Assembly: GCA_964016885.1 (NCBI GenBank)
Contig: OZ024742.1
Span: 167,896,001-167,960,000, forward strand
Length of the DNA: 64,000 nt
Direction: 5' to 3'
Source of the DNA: Eledone cirrhosa
Lineage: Eukaryota
Each line of letters opens with the position of its first letter. Within the stretch, counting starts at the first letter, position 1. Below, piece by piece: positions 10,801 through 25,960 of this stretch. The translations under genes and the position numbers were made by a program. The notes beneath the pieces were generated by a model, which made no database searches, was not told where the DNA came from, and worked only from the letters and a program-made list of their open reading frames with translations.

Positions 10801-13800
10801 ATTCCTAAGATTCCTAAAATTCCTAAAATTTATATAATTCATAAAATTCCTAAAATTCCTAAAATTTATAAAATTCCTAAAATTACTAAAATTCGTAAAA
10901 TTCCTAAAATTCATAAAATTCCTAAAATTCCTCAAATTCAAAAAAATTCATAAAATTAAAATTCCTAAAATTCAAAAAGTTCATAAAATTCCTAAGATTC
11001 TTAAAATTCCTAAAATTCCAAAAATTCCAAAAATTCATAAAATTCATAAAATTCATAAAAATTCATAAAATTCCAAGAAATTCAAAAATATCCTAAATTT
11101 CCTAAAATTCCTAAAATTCTTAAAATTCCTAAAATTCCTAAAATTCCTAAATTCCTAAAATTCCTAAAATTCCTAAAACTCCAAAAATTCATAAAATTCA
11201 TAAAATTCATAAAATTCATAAAATTCATAAAATTCCTAAAATTCCTAAAATTCATAAAATTCATAAAATTCATAAAATTCATAAAAATTCATAAAATTCC
11301 TAAAATTCCTAAAATTCCTAAAATTCATAAAATTCATAAAATTCTTAAAATTTCTAAAATTCCTAAAATTCCTAAAATTCCTAAAATTCATAGACATTCC
11401 TAAAATTCCTAAAATTCCTAAAATTCAAAAAATTCCTAAAATTCCTAAAATTCCTAAAATTCCTAAAATTCCTAAATTCCTAAATTCCTAAAATTACTAA
11501 AATTCATAAAATTCATAAAATTTATAAAATTCCTAAAATTACTAAAATTCGTAAAATTTTAAATTTCATAAAATTCATAAAATTAATAAAATTCCTAAGA
11601 TTCCTAAAATTCCTAAAATTTATAATTCATAAAATTCATAAAATTCATAAAATTCCTAAGATTCCTAAAATTCCTAAAATTTATAATTCATAAAATTCCT
11701 AAATTTCATAAAATTTATAAAATTCCTAAAATTACTAAAATTTATAATTCATAAAATTCATAAAATTCATAAAATTTATAAAATTCCTAAAATTACTAAA
11801 ATTCGTAAAATTCCTAAAATTCATAAAATTCCAGAAAATTCCTCAAATTCCAAAAATTCATAAAATTAATAAAATTCCTAAAATTCAAAAAGTTCATAAA
11901 ATTCCTAAAATTCCTAAAATTCCTAAAATTCCAAAAATTCATAAAATTCATAAAATTCATAAAATACCTAAAAATTCATAAAATTCCAAGAAATTCAAAA
12001 AATCCCTAAAATTCATAAAATTCTTAAAATTCCTAAAATTCATAAAATTCATAAAATTTCAAAAGTTCCAAAAATTCCTAAAATTATTAAAATTCATAAA
12101 ATTCATAAAATTCATAAAATTCATAAAATTCCTAAAATTCATTAAATTCCTAAAATTCATAAAATTCCTAAAATTCATAAAATTCATAAAATTCATAAAA
12201 TTCATAAAAATTCAAAAAATTACGAAAATTCCAAAAAAATTACTAAAATTCCTAAAATTCAAGAAATTCAAAAAATTCCTAAAATTCTTGAATTTCATAA
12301 AATTCCTAAAATTCCTAAAATTCCTAAGATTCCTAAAATTCCTAAAATTTATATAATTCATAAAATTCGGAAAATTTTTAAAAATTCCTAAAATTACTAA
12401 AATTCCGAAAATTCTTAAAATTCCTAAAATTCCTAAAATTCCAAAAATTCCTAAACTTCATAAAATTCCTAAAATTCCTAAAATTCATAACATTTCTAAT
12501 GTTCCTAAAATTCATAAAATTCCAAAAATTCCTAAAATTCAAAAAATTCATAAAAATCCTAAAATTCAAAAAATTCATAAATATCCTAAAATTCATAAAA
12601 TTCATAAAATTCATAAAATTCATAAAATTCCTAAAATTCATAGAAATTCATAAAATTCCGAAAATTCCTAAAATTCCTAAAAATTCATAAAATTCCGAAA
12701 ATTCCAAAAAAATCCTAAAATTCCTAAAATTCCTAAAATTCCAAAAATTCATAAAATTCATAAAATTCTTAAAATTCCTAAAATTCCTAAAATTCCTAAA
12801 ATTTCTAAAATTCCTAAAATTCATAGAAATTCCTAAAATTCCTAAAATTCCTAAAATTCAAAAAATTCCTAAAATTCCTAAAATTCCTAAAATTCCTAAA
12901 TTCCTAAAATTCCTAAAATTTATAAAATTCATTTACTAAAATTAGTAAAATTTTAAATTTCATAAAATTCATAAAATTCATAAAATTCCTAAAAATTCAT
13001 AAAATTACGAAAATTCGGAAAAATTCCTGAAATTACTAAAATTCAAAAAATTCAAAAAATTCCTAAGATTCATAAATTTCATAAAATTCATAAGATTCCT
13101 AAAATTCCTCAAATTTATATAATTCATAAAATTCCTAAAATTCCTAAAATTTATAAAATTCCTAAAATTACTAAAATTCGTAAAATTCGTAAAATTCATA
13201 AAATTCCTAAAATTCCTCAAATTCCAAAAATTCATAAAATTAAAATTCCTAAAATTAAAAAAGTTCATAAAATTCCTAAGATTCCTAAAATTCCTAAAAT
13301 TCCAAAAATTCATAAAACTCATAAAATTCATAAAAATTCATAAAATTCCAAGAAATTCAAAAAAATCCTAAATTTCCTAAAATTCCTAAAATTCTTAAAA
13401 TTCATAAAATTCCTAAAATTCCTAAAATTCTTAAAATTCTTAAAATTCCTAAAATTCCTAAAATTCCTAAAATTCCCAAAATTCCAAAAATTCCTAAAAT
13501 TCCTAAAATTATTAAAATTCATAAAATTCATAAAATTCATAAAATTCATAAAATCTATAAAATTCCTAAAATTCCTAAGATTCCTAAAATTCCTAAAATT
13601 TATATAATTCATAAAATTCCTAAAATTCCTAAAATTTATAAAATTCCTAAAATTACTAAAATTCGTAAAATTCATAAAATTCATAAAATTCCTAAAATTC
13701 CTCAAATTCAAAAAAATTCATAAAATTAAAATTCCTAAAATTCAAAAAGTTCATAAAATTCCTAAGATTCTTAAAATTCCTAAAATTCCAAAAATTCCAA

Positions 13801-16800
13801 AAATTCATAAAATTCATAAAATTCATAAAAATTCATAAAATTCCAAGAAATTCAAAAAAATCCTAAATTTCCTAAAATTCCTAAAATTCTTAAAATTCCT
13901 AAAATTCATAAAATTCCGAAATTCCTAAAATTCCTAAAATTCCTAAAACTCCAAAAATTCATAAAATTCATAAAATTCATAAAATTCCTAAAATTCCTAA
14001 AATTCCTAAAATTCCTAAAATTCATAAAATTACTAAAATTCATAAAATTCCTAAAAATTCCTAAAATTCCTAAAATTCCTAAAATTCCAAAAATTCATAA
14101 AATTCATAAAATTCTTAAAATTTCTAAAATTCCTAAAATTACTAAAATTCCTAAAATTCATAGACATTCCTAAAATTCCTAAAATTCCTAAAATTCAAAA
14201 AATTCCTAAAATTCCTAAAATTCCTAAAATTCCCAAATTCCTAAATTCCTAAAATTACTAAAATTCATAAAATTCATAAAATTTATAAAATTCCTAAAAT
14301 TACTAAAATTCGTAAAATTTTAAATTTCATAAAATTCATAAAATTCATAAAATTCCTAAGATTCCTAAAATTCCTAAAATTTATAATTCATAAAATTCAT
14401 AAAATTCATAAAATTCCTAAGATTCCTAAAATTCCTAAAATTTATAATTCATAAAATTCCTAAATTTCATAAAATTTATAAAATTCCTAAAATTACTAAA
14501 ATTTATAATTCATAAAATTCATAAAATTCATAAAATTTATAAAATTCCTAAAATTACTAAAATTCGTAAAATTCCTAAAATTCATAAAATTCCAGAAAAT
14601 TCCTCAAATTCCAAAAATTCATAAAATTAATAAAATTCCTAAAATTCAAAAAGTTCATAAAATTTCTAAAATTCCTAAAATTCCTAAAATTCCAAAAATT
14701 CATAAAATTCATAAAATTCATAAAATACCTAAAAATTCATAAAATTCCAAGAAATTCAAAAAATCCCTAAAATTCATAAAATTCTTAAAATTCCTAAAAT
14801 TCCTAAAATTCCTAAAATTTCAAAAGTTCCAAAAATTCCTAAAATTATTAAAATTCATAAAATTCATAAAATTCATAAAATTCATAAAATTCATAAAATT
14901 CATAAATATTCAAAAAATTACGAAAATTCCCAAAAAATTACTAAAATTCCTAAAATTCAAGAAATTCAAAAAATTCCTAAAATTCTTGAATTTCATAAAA
15001 TTCCTAAAATTCCTAAAATTCCTAAGATTCCTAAAATTCCTAAAATTTATATAATTCATAAAATTCGGAAAATTTTTAAAAATTCATAAAATTCAAAAAA
15101 TTCCTAAAATTCCAAAAATTCCTAAAATTACTAAAATTCCGAAAATTCTTAAAATTCCTAAAATTCCTAAAATTCGTAAAATTCCAAAAATTCCTAAAAT
15201 TCATAAAATTCCTAAAATTCCTAAAATTCATAACATTTCTAATGTTCCTAAAATTCATAAAATTCCAAAAATTCCTAAAATTCCTAAAATTCCTAAAATT
15301 CAAAAAATTCATAAAAATCCTAAAATTCAAAAAATTCATAAAAATCCTAAAATTCCTAAAATTCCTAAAATTCATAAAATTCATAAAATTCCTAAAATTC
15401 ATAAAATTACTAAAATTCATAAAATTCCTAAAAATTCATAAAATTCCGAAAATTCCTAAAATTCCTAAAAATTCATAAAATTCCGAAAATTCCAAAAATA
15501 TCCTAAAATTCCTAAAATTCCAAAAATTCATAAAATTCCTAAAATTCTTAAAATTCCTAAAATTCCTAAAATTCCTAAAATTCCTAAAATTCCTAAAATT
15601 CATAGAAATTCCTAAAATTCCTAAAATTCCTAAAATTCAAAAAATTCCTAAAATTCCAAAAATTCCTAAAATTCCTAAATTCCTAAAATTCCTAAAATTT
15701 ATAAAATTCATAAAATTACTAAAATTACTAAAATTTTAAATTTCATAAAATTCATAAAATTCATAAAATTCCTAAAAATTCATAAAATTACGAAAATTCG
15801 GAAAATTCCTAAAATTACTAAAATTCAAAAAATTCAAAAAATTCCTAAGATTCATAAATTTCATAAAATTCATAAGATTCCTAAAATTCCTCAAATTTAT
15901 ATAATACATAAAATTCCTAAAATTCCTAAAATTTATAAAATTCCTAAAATTACTAAAATTCGTAAAATTCGTAAAATTCATAAAATTCCTAAAATTCCTC
16001 AAATTCCAAAAATTCATAAAATTAAAATTCCTAAAATTCAAAAAGTTCATAAAATTCCTAAGATTCCTAAAATTCCTAAAATTCCAAAAATTCATAAAAC
16101 TCATAAAATTCATAAAAATTCATAAAATTCCAAGAAATTCAAAAAATCCTAAATTTCCTAAAATTCCTAAAATTCTTAAAATTCATAAAATTCATAAAAT
16201 TCCTAAAATTCTTAAAATTCTTAAAATTCCTAAAATTCCTAAAATTCCTAAAATTCCCAAAATTCCAAAAATTCCTAAAATTCCTAAAATTATTAAAATT
16301 CATAAAATTCATAAAATTCCTAAAATTCCTAAGATTCCTAAAATTCCTAAAATTTATATAATTCATAAAATTCCTAAAATTCCTAAAATTTATAAAATTC
16401 CTAAAATTACTAAAATTCGTAAAATTCCTAAAATTCCTAAAATTCATAAAATTCCTCAAATTCAAAAAAATTCATAAAATTAAAATTCCTAAAATTCAAA
16501 AAGTTCATAAAATTCCTAAGATTCTTAAAATTCCTAAAATTCCAAAAATTCCAAAAATTCATAAAATTCATAAAATTCATAAAAATTCATAAAATTCCAA
16601 GAAATTCAAAAAAATCCTAAATTTCCTAAAATTCCTAAAATTCTTAAAATTCCTAAAATTCCTAAAATTCCTAAATTCCTAAAATTCCTAAAATTCCTAA
16701 AACTCCAAAAATTCATAAAATTCATAAAATTCATAAAATTCATAAAATTCATAAAATTCCTAAAATTCATAAAATTACTAAAATTCATAAAATTCCTAAA

Positions 16801-17700
16801 AATTCATAAAATTCCTAAAATTCCTAAAATTCCAAAAATTCATAAAATTCATAAAATTCTTAAAATTTCTAAAATTCCTAAAATTCCTAAAATTCCTAAA
16901 ATTCATAGACATTCCTAAAATTCCTAAAATTCCTAAAATTCGAAAAATTCCTAAAATTCCTAGAATTCCTAAAATTCCTAAATACCTAAATTCCTAAAAT
17001 TACTAAAATTCATAAAATTCATAAAATTTATAAAATTCCTAAAATTACTAAAATTCGTAAAATTTTAAATTTCATAAAATTCATAAAATTCATAAAATTC
17101 CTAAGATTCCTAAAATTCCTAAAATTTATAATTCATAAAATTCATAAAATTCATAAAATTCCTAAGATTCCTAAAATTCCTAAAATTTATAATTCATAAA
17201 ATTCCTAAATTTCATAAAATTTATAAAATTCCTAAAATTACTAAAATTTATAATTCATAAAATTCATAAAATTCATAAAATTTATAAAATTCCTAAAATT
17301 ACTAAAATTCGTAAAATTCCTAAAATTCATAAAATTCTAAAAAATTCCTCAAAATCCAAAATTTCATAAAATTAATAAAATTCCTAAAATTCAAAAAGTT
17401 CATAAAATTCCTAAGATTCCTAAAATTCCTAAAATTCCAAAAATTCATAAAATTCATAAAATTCATAAAATTCATAAAAATTCATAAAATTCCAAGAAAT
17501 TCAAAAAATTCCTAAAATTCATAAAATTCTTAAAATTCCCAAAATTCCTAAAATTCCTAAAATTCCCAAAATTCCCAAAATTCCTAAAATTCCTAAAATT
17601 CCTAAAATTCCTAAAATTCATAAAATTCATAAAATTCATAAAATTCATAAAATTCATAAAAATTCATAAAATTCCAAGAAATTCAAAAAATTCCTAAATT
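1820..17700 (+). repeat. Large block that is a near-identical, internally shortened copy of ~25950-45200
   Basis: Pseudo-ORF pairs 2087/26221 and 2342/26476 (offset 24134), 3057/27200 and 3889/28032 (24143), 5898/30084 (24186). Then 8312/35839 (27527), 12378/39912, 15076/42610, 16606/44140 (27534) and 17472/44979 (27507). The offset jumps by ~3.35 kb at a mosaic junction near 6480-6620. Confidence 0.88.
8300..17450 (+). repeat. Tandem copies of the basic ~2.74-2.79 kb higher-order repeat (~305-310 monomers)
   Basis: Landmark AACATTTCTAATGTT at 9710, 12489, 15232 (spacing 2779, 2743). Equivalent pseudo-ORFs at 10244/13005/15772 (2761, 2767) and 10567/13328 (2761). Same spacing at 30775/33536, 40539/43306 and 48032/50793. 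Confidence 0.93.
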
Positions 17701-18240
17701 TCCTAAAATTCCTAAAATTCTTAAAATTCCTAAAATTCCTAAAATTCCTAAAATTCTTAAAATTCTTAAAATTCCTAAAATTCCTAAAATTCCTAAAATT
17801 CCCAAAATTCCAAAAATTCCTAAAATTCCTAAAATTATTAAAATTCCCAAAATTCCTAAAATTCATAAAATTCATAAAATTTATAAAATTCCTAAAATTC
17901 CTAAAATTCCTAAAATTCCTAAAATTCATAAAATTCATAAAATTCATAAAATTCATAAAATTCATAAAAATTCATAAAATTCCAAGAAATTCAAAAAATT
18001 CCTAAATTTCCTAAAATTCCTAAAATTCTTAAAATTCCTAAAATTCCTAAAATTCCTAAAATTCTTAAAATTCTTAAAATTCCTAAAATTCCTAAAATTC
18101 CTAAAATTCCCAAAATTCTAAAAATTCATAAAATTCCTAAAATTATTAAAATTCCCAAAATTCCTAAAATTCCTAAAATTCATAAAATTTATAAAATTCC
18201 TAAAATTCCTAAAATTCCTAAAATTCCTAAAATTCATAAA
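17470..18240 (+). repeat. Local short-period duplications (182 bp and 308 bp) of the TTCCAAGAAA-initiated sub-block
   Basis: CCAAGAAATTCAAAAAATTCC recurs at 17492, 17674 and 17982. The 17674 and 17982 blocks share the order of CTT/CCC/ATT variant monomers. Confidence 0.8.
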
Positions 18241-19439
18241 ATTACTAAAATTCATAAAATTCCTAAAAATTCATAAAATTCCTAAAATTCCTAAAATTCC
18301 AAAAATTCATAAAATTCATAAAATTCTTAAAATTTCTAAAATTCCTAAAATTCCTAAAATTCCTAAAATTCATAGACATTCCTAAAATTCCTAAAATTCC
18401 TAAAATTCGAAAAATTCCTAAAATTCCTAAAATTCCTAAAATTCCTAAATACCTAAATTCCTAAAATTACTAAAATTCATAAAATTCATAAAATTTATAA
18501 AATTCCTAAAATTACTAAAATTCGTAAAATTTTAAATTTCATAAAATTCATAAAATTCATAAAATTCCTAAGATTCCTAAAATTCCTAAAATTTATAATT
18601 CATAAAATTCATAAAATTCATAAAATTCCTAAGATTCCTAAAATTCCTAAAATTTATAATTCATAAAATTCCTAAATTTCATAAAATTTATAAAATTCCT
18701 AAAATTACTAAAATTTATAATTCATAAAATTCATAAAATTCATAAAATTTATAAAATTCCTAAAATTACTAAAATTCGTAAAATTCCTAAAATTCATAAA
18801 ATTCCAGAAAATTCCTCAAATTCCAAAAATTCATAAAATTAATAAAATTCCTAAAATTCAAAAAGTTCATAAAATTCCTAAAATTCCTAAAATTTTTAAA
18901 ATTCCAAAAATTCATAAAATTCATAAAATTCATAAAATACCTAAAAATTCATAAAATTACAAGAAATTCAAAAAATTCCTAAAATTCATAAAATTCTTAA
19001 AATTCCTAAAATTCCTAAAATTCCTAAAATTTCAAAAGTTCCAAAATTCCTAAAATTATTAAAATTCCTAAAATTCATAAAATTCATAAAATTCATAAAA
19101 TTCATAAATATTCAAAAAATTACGAAAATTCCAAAAAAATTACTAAAATTCCTAAAATTCAAGAAATTCAAAAAATTCCTAAAATTCTTGAATTTCATAA
19201 AATTCCTAAAATTCCTAAAATTCCTAAGATTCCTAAAATTCCTAAAATTTATATAATTCATAAAATTCGGAAAATTTTTAAAAATTCATAAAATTCAAAA
19301 AATTCCTAAAATTCCAAAAATTCCTAAAATTACTAAAATTCCGAAAATTCTTAAAATTCCTAAAATTCCTAAAATTCGTAAAATTCCAAAAATTCCTAAA
19401 ATTCATAAAATTCCTAAAATTCCTAAAATTCATAACATT

Positions 19440-22400
19440 TCTAATGTTCCTAAAATTCATAAAATTCCAAAAATTCCCAAAATTCCTAAAATTCCTAAAA
19501 TTCCTAAAATTCATAAAAATCCTAAAATTCAAAAAATTCATAAAAATCCTAAAATTCATAAAATTCATAAAATTCATAAAATTCATAAAATTCCTAAAAT
19601 TCATAAAATTACTAAAATTCATAAAATTCCTAAAAATTCATAAAATTCCGAAAATTCCTAAAATTCCTAAAAATTCATAAAATTCCGAAAATTCCAAAAA
19701 AATCCTAAAATTCCTAAAATTCCTAAAATTCCAAAAATTCATAAAATTCCTAAAATTCCTAAAATTCCTAAAATTCATAAAATCTAAAAAATTCCTAAAA
19801 TTCCTAAGATTCCTAAAATTCCTAAAATTTATATAATTCATAAAATTCCTAAAATTCCTAAAATTTATAAAATTCCTAAAATTACTAAAATTCGTAAAAT
19901 TCCTAAAATTCATAAAATTCCTAAAATTCCTCAAATTCAAAAAAATTCATAAAATTAAAATTCCTAAAATTCAAAAAGTTCATAAAATTCCTAAGATTCT
20001 TAAAATTCCTAAAATTCCAAAAATTCATAAAATTCATAAAATTCATAAAATTCCTAAAAATTCATAAAATTCCAAGAAATTCAAAAAATTCCTGAATTTC
20101 CTAAAAGTCCTAAAATTCTTAAAATTCCTAAAATTCCTAAAATTCCTAAAATTCTTAAAATTCTTAAAATTCCTAAAATTCCTAAAATTCCTAAAATTCC
20201 CAAAATTCCCAAAATTCCTAAAATTCCTAAAATTATTAAAATTCCTAAAATTCATAAAATTCATAAAATTCATAAAATTTATAAAATTCCTAAAATTCAT
20301 AAAATTCATAAAATTCATAAAATTCATAAAATTCATAAAATACATAAAAATTCCTAAAATTCCTAAAATTCCTAAAATTCAAAAAATTCCTAAAATTCCT
20401 AAAATTCCTAAAATTCCTAAATTCCTAAAATTCCTAAAATTACTAAAATTCATAAAATTCATAAAATTCCTAAAATTACTAAAATTCTTAAAATTTTAAA
20501 TTTCATAAAATTCATAAAATTCCTAAGATTCCTAAAATTCATAAAATTTATAATTCATAAAATTCCTAAAATTCCTAAAATTCATAAAATTCATAAAATT
20601 CATAAAATTCATAAAATTCATAAAATTCATAAAATACATAAAAATTCCTAAAATTCCTAAAATTCCTAAAATTCAAAAAATTCCTAAAATTCCTAAAATT
20701 CCTAAAATTCCTAAATTCCTAAAATTCCTAAAATTACTAAAATTCATAAAATTCATAAAATTCCTAAAATTAGTAAAATTCGTAAAATTTTAAATTTCAT
20801 AAAATTCATAAAATTCCTAAGATTCCTAAAATTCATAAAATTTATAATTCATAAAATTCCTAAAATTCATAAAATTTATAAAATTCCTAAAATTACTAAA
20901 ATTCGTAAAATTCATAAAATTCCAAAAAATTCCTCAAAATCCAAAATTTGATAAAATTAATAAAATTCCTAAAAATCAAAAAGTTCATAAAATTCCTAAG
21001 ATTCCTAAAATTTTTAAAATTCCAAAAATTCATAAAATTCATAAAATTCATAAAATTCCTAAAAATACATAAAATTCCGAAAATTCAAAAAAATTCCTCA
21101 AAATTCCTAAAATTCATAAAATTCATAAAATTCATAAAATTCCTAAAAATTCATAAAATTACGAAAATTCGGAAAAATTCCTAAAATTACTAAAATTCAA
21201 AAAATTCAAAAAATTCCTAAGATTCTTAAATTTCATAAAATTCATAAAATTCATAAAATTCCTAAGATTCCTAAAATTCCTAAAATTTATAATTCATAAA
21301 ATTCATAAAATTCATAAAATTCCTAAGATTCCTAAAATTCCTAAAATTTATAATTCCTAAAATTCCTAAATTTCATAAAATTTATAAAATTCCTAAAATT
21401 ACTAAAATTTATAATTCATAAAATTCCTAAAATTCATAAAATTTATAAAATTCCTAAAATTACTAAAATTCGTAAAATTCCTAAAATTCATAAAATTACA
21501 GAAAATTCCTCAAATTCCAAAAATTCATAAAATTAATAAAATTCCTAAAATTCAAAAAGTTCATAAAATTCCTAAAATTCCTAAAATTCCTAAAATTCCA
21601 AAAATTCATAAAATTCATAAAATTCCTAAAAATTCATAAAATTCCAAGAAATTCAAAAAATTCCTAAAATTCATAAAATTCTTAAAATTCCTAAAATTCC
21701 TAAAATTCCTAAAATTCCAAAAGTTCCAAAAATTCCTAAAATTATTAAAATTCCGAAAATTCATAAAATTCATAAAATTCATAAAATTCCTAAAATTCAT
21801 TAAATTCCTAAAATTCATAAAATTCCTAAAATTCATAAAATTCATAAAATTCATAAAATTCATAAAAATTCAAAAAATTACGAAAATTCCAAAAAAATTA
21901 CTAAAATTCCTAAAATTCAAGAAATTCAAAAAATTCCTAAAATTCTTGAATTTCATAAAATTCCTAAAATTCCAAAAATTCCTAAAATTCATAAAATTCC
22001 TAAAATTCCTAAAATTCATAACATTTCTAATGTTCCTAAAATTCCCAAAATTCCCAAAATTCCTAAAATTCCTAAAATTCCTAAAATTCATAAAAATCCT
22101 AAAATTCAAAAAATTCATAAAAATCCTAAAATTCATAAAATTCATAAAATTCATAAAATTCATAAAATTCCTAAAATTCATAAAATTACTAAAATTCATA
22201 AAATTCCTAAAAATTCATAAAATTCCGAAAATTCCTAAAATTCCTAAAAATTCATAAAATTCCGAAAATTCCAAAAAAATCCTAAAATTCCTAAAATTCC
22301 TAAAATTCCAAAAATTCATAAAATTCCTAAAATTCCTAAAATTCCTAAAATTCATAAAATCTAAAAAATTCCTAAAATTCCTAAGATTCCTAAAATTCCT

Positions 22401-25400
22401 AAAATTTATATAATTCATAAAATTCCTAAAATTCCTAAAATTTATAAAATTCCTAAAATTACTAAAATTCGTAAAATTCCTAAAATTCATAAAATTCCTA
22501 AAATTCCTCAAATTCAAAAAAATTCATAAAATTAAAATTCCTAAAATTCAAAAAGTTCATAAAATTCCTAAGATTCTTAAAATTCCTAAAATTCCAAAAA
22601 TTCATAAAATTCATAAAATTCATAAAATTCATAAAAATTCATAAAATTCCAAGAAATTCAAAAAATTCCTGAATTTCCTAAAAGTCCTAAAATTCTTAAA
22701 ATTCCTAAAATTCCTAAAATTCCTAAAATTCTTAAAATTCTTAAAATTCCTAAAATTCCTAAAATTCCTAAAATTCCCAAAATTCCCAAAATTCCTAAAA
22801 TTCCTAAAATTATTAAAATTCCTAAAATTCATAAAATTCATAAAATTCATAAAATTTATAAAATTCCTAAAATTCATAAAATTCATAAAATTCATAAAAT
22901 TCATAAAATTCATAAAATACATAAAAATTCCTAAAATTCCTAAAATTCCTAAAATTCAAAAAATTCCTAAAATTCCTAAAATTCCTAAAATTCCTAAATT
23001 CCTAAAATTCCTAAAATTACTAAAATTCCTAAAATTCAAAAAATTCCTAAAATTCCTAAAATTCCTAAAATTCCTAAATTCCTAAAATTCCTAAAATTAC
23101 TAAAATTCATAAAATTCATAAAATTCCTAAAATTAGTAAAATTCGTAAAATTTTAAATTTCATAAAATTCATAAAATTCCTAAGATTCCTAAAATTCATA
23201 AAATTTATAATTCATAAAATTCCTAAAATTCATAAAATTTATAAAATTCCTAAAATTACTAAAATTCGTAAAATTCATAAAATTCCAAAAAATTCCTCAA
23301 AATCCAAAATTTGATAAAATTAATAAAATTCCTAAAAATCAAAAAGTTCATAAAATTCCTAAGATTCCTAAAATTTTTAAAATTCCAAAAATTCATAAAA
23401 TTCATAAAATTCATAAAATTCCTAAAAATACATAAAATTCCGAAAATTCAAAAAAATTCCTCAAAATTCCTAAAATTCATAAAATTCATAAAATTCATAA
23501 AATTCCTAAAAATTCATAAAATTACGAAAATTCGGAAAAATTCCTAAAATTACTAAAATTCAAAAAATTCAAAAAATTCCTAAGATTCTTAAATTTCATA
23601 AAATTCATAAAATTCATAAAATTCCTAAGATTCCTAAAATTCCTAAAATTTATAATTCATAAAATTCATAAAATTCATAAAATTCCTAAGATTCCTAAAA
23701 TTCCTAAAATTTATAATTCCTAAAATTCCTAAATTTCATAAAATTTATAAAATTCCTAAAATTACTAAAATTTATAATTCATAAAATTCCTAAAATTCAT
23801 AAAATTTATAAAATTCCTAAAATTACTAAAATTCGTAAAATTCCTAAAATTCATAAAATTACAGAAAATTCCTCAAATTCCAAAAATTCATAAAATTAAT
23901 AAAATTCCTAAAATTCAAAAAGTTCATAAAATTCCTAAAATTCCTAAAATTCCTAAAATTCCAAAAATTCATAAAATTCATAAAATTCCTAAAAATTCAT
24001 AAAATTCCAAGAAATTCAAAAAATTCCTAAAATTCATAAAATTCTTAAAATTCCTAAAATTCCTAAAATTCCTAAAATTCCAAAAGTTCCAAAAATTCCT
24101 AAAATTATTAAAATTCCGAAAATTCATAAAATTCATAAAATTCATAAAATTCCTAAAATTCATTAAATTCCTAAAATTCATAAAATTCCTAAAATTCATA
24201 AAATTCATAAAATTCATAAAATTCATAAAAATTCAAAAAATTACGAAAATTCCAAAAAAATTACTAAAATTCCTAAAATTCAAGAAATTCAAAAAATTCC
24301 TAAAATTCTTGAATTTCATAAAATTCCTAAAATTCCAAAAATTCCTAAAATTCATAAAATTCCTAAAATTCCTAAAATTCATAACATTTCTAATGTTCCT
24401 AAAATTCCCAAAATTCCCAAAATTCCTAAAATTCCTAAAATTCCTAAAATTCATAAAAATCCTAAAATTCAAAAAATTCATAAAAATCCTAAAATTCATA
24501 AAATTCATAAAATTCATAAAATTCATAAAATTCCTAAAATTCATAAAATTACTAAAATTCATAAAATTCCTAAAAATTCATAAAATTCCGAAAATTCCTA
24601 AAATTCCTAAAAATTCATAAAATTCCGAAAATTCCAAAAAAATCCTAAAATTCCTAAAATTCCTAAAATTCCAAAAATTCATAAAATTCCTAAAATTCCT
24701 AAAATTCCTAAAATTCATAAAATCTAAAAAATTCCTAAAATTCCTAAGATTCCTAAAATTCCTAAAATTTATATAATTCATAAAATTCCTAAAATTCCTA
24801 AAATTTATAAAATTCCTAAAATTACTAAAATTCGTAAAATTCATAAAATTCATAAAATTCCTAAAATTCCTCAAATTCAAAAAAATTCATAAAATTAAAA
24901 TTCCTAAAATTCAAAAAGTTCATAAAATTCCTAAGATTCTTAAAATTCCTAAAATTCCAAAAATTCATAAAATTCATAAAATTCATAAAATTCATAAAAA
25001 TTCATAAAATTCCAAGAAATTCAAAAAATTCCTGAATTTCCTAAAAGTCCTAAAATTCTTAAAATTCCTAAAATTCCTAAAATTCCTAAAATTCTTAAAA
25101 TTCTTAAAATTCCTAAAATTCCTAAAATTCCTAAAATTCCCAAAATTCCCAAAATTCCTAAAATTCCTAAAATTATTAAAATTCCTAAAATTCATAAAAT
25201 TCATAAAATTCATAAAATTTATAAAATTCCTAAAATTCATAAAATTCATAAAATTCATAAAATTCATAAAATTCATAAAATACATAAAAATTCCTAAAAT
25301 TCCTAAAATTCCTAAAATTCAAAAAATTCCTAAAATTCCTAAAATTCCTAAAATTCCTAAATTCCTAAAATTCCTAAAATTACTAAAATTCATAAAATTC

Positions 25401-25960
25401 ATAAAATTCCTAAAATTACTAAAATTCTTAAAATTTTAAATTTCATAAAATTCATAAAATTCCTAAGATTCCTAAAATTCATAAAATTTATAATTCATAA
25501 AATTCCTAAAATTCATAAAATTCATAAAATTCATAAAATTCATAAAATTCATAAAATTCATAAAATTCATAAAATACATAAAAATTCCTAAAATTCCTAA
25601 AATTCCTAAAATTCAAAAAATTCCTAAAATTCCTAAAATTCCTAAAATTCCTAAATTCCTAAAATTCCTAAAATTACTAAAATTCATAAAATTCATAAAA
25701 TTCCTAAAATTAGTAAAATTCGTAAAATTTTAAATTTCATAAAATTCATAAAATTCCTAAGATTCCTAAAATTCATAAAATTTATAATTCATAAAATTCC
25801 TAAAATTCATAAAATTTATAAAATTCCTAAAATTACTAAAATTCGTAAAATTCATAAAATTCCAAAAAATTCCTCAAAATCCAAAATTTGATAAAATTAA
25901 TAAAATTCCTAAAAATCAAAAAGTTCATAAAATTCCTAAGATTCCTAAAATTTTTAAAAT
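19440..25960 (+). repeat. Locally triplicated HOR variant, unit 2577/2363 bp
   Basis: Private markers CCTGAATTTCCTAAAAGTCC at 20091, 22668, 25031 (2577, 2363) and TTGATAAAA at 20948, 23311, 25888 (2363, 2577). Pseudo-ORF pairs 21615/23978, 21870/24233 and 22629/24992 are all offset 2363. Confidence 0.92.
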
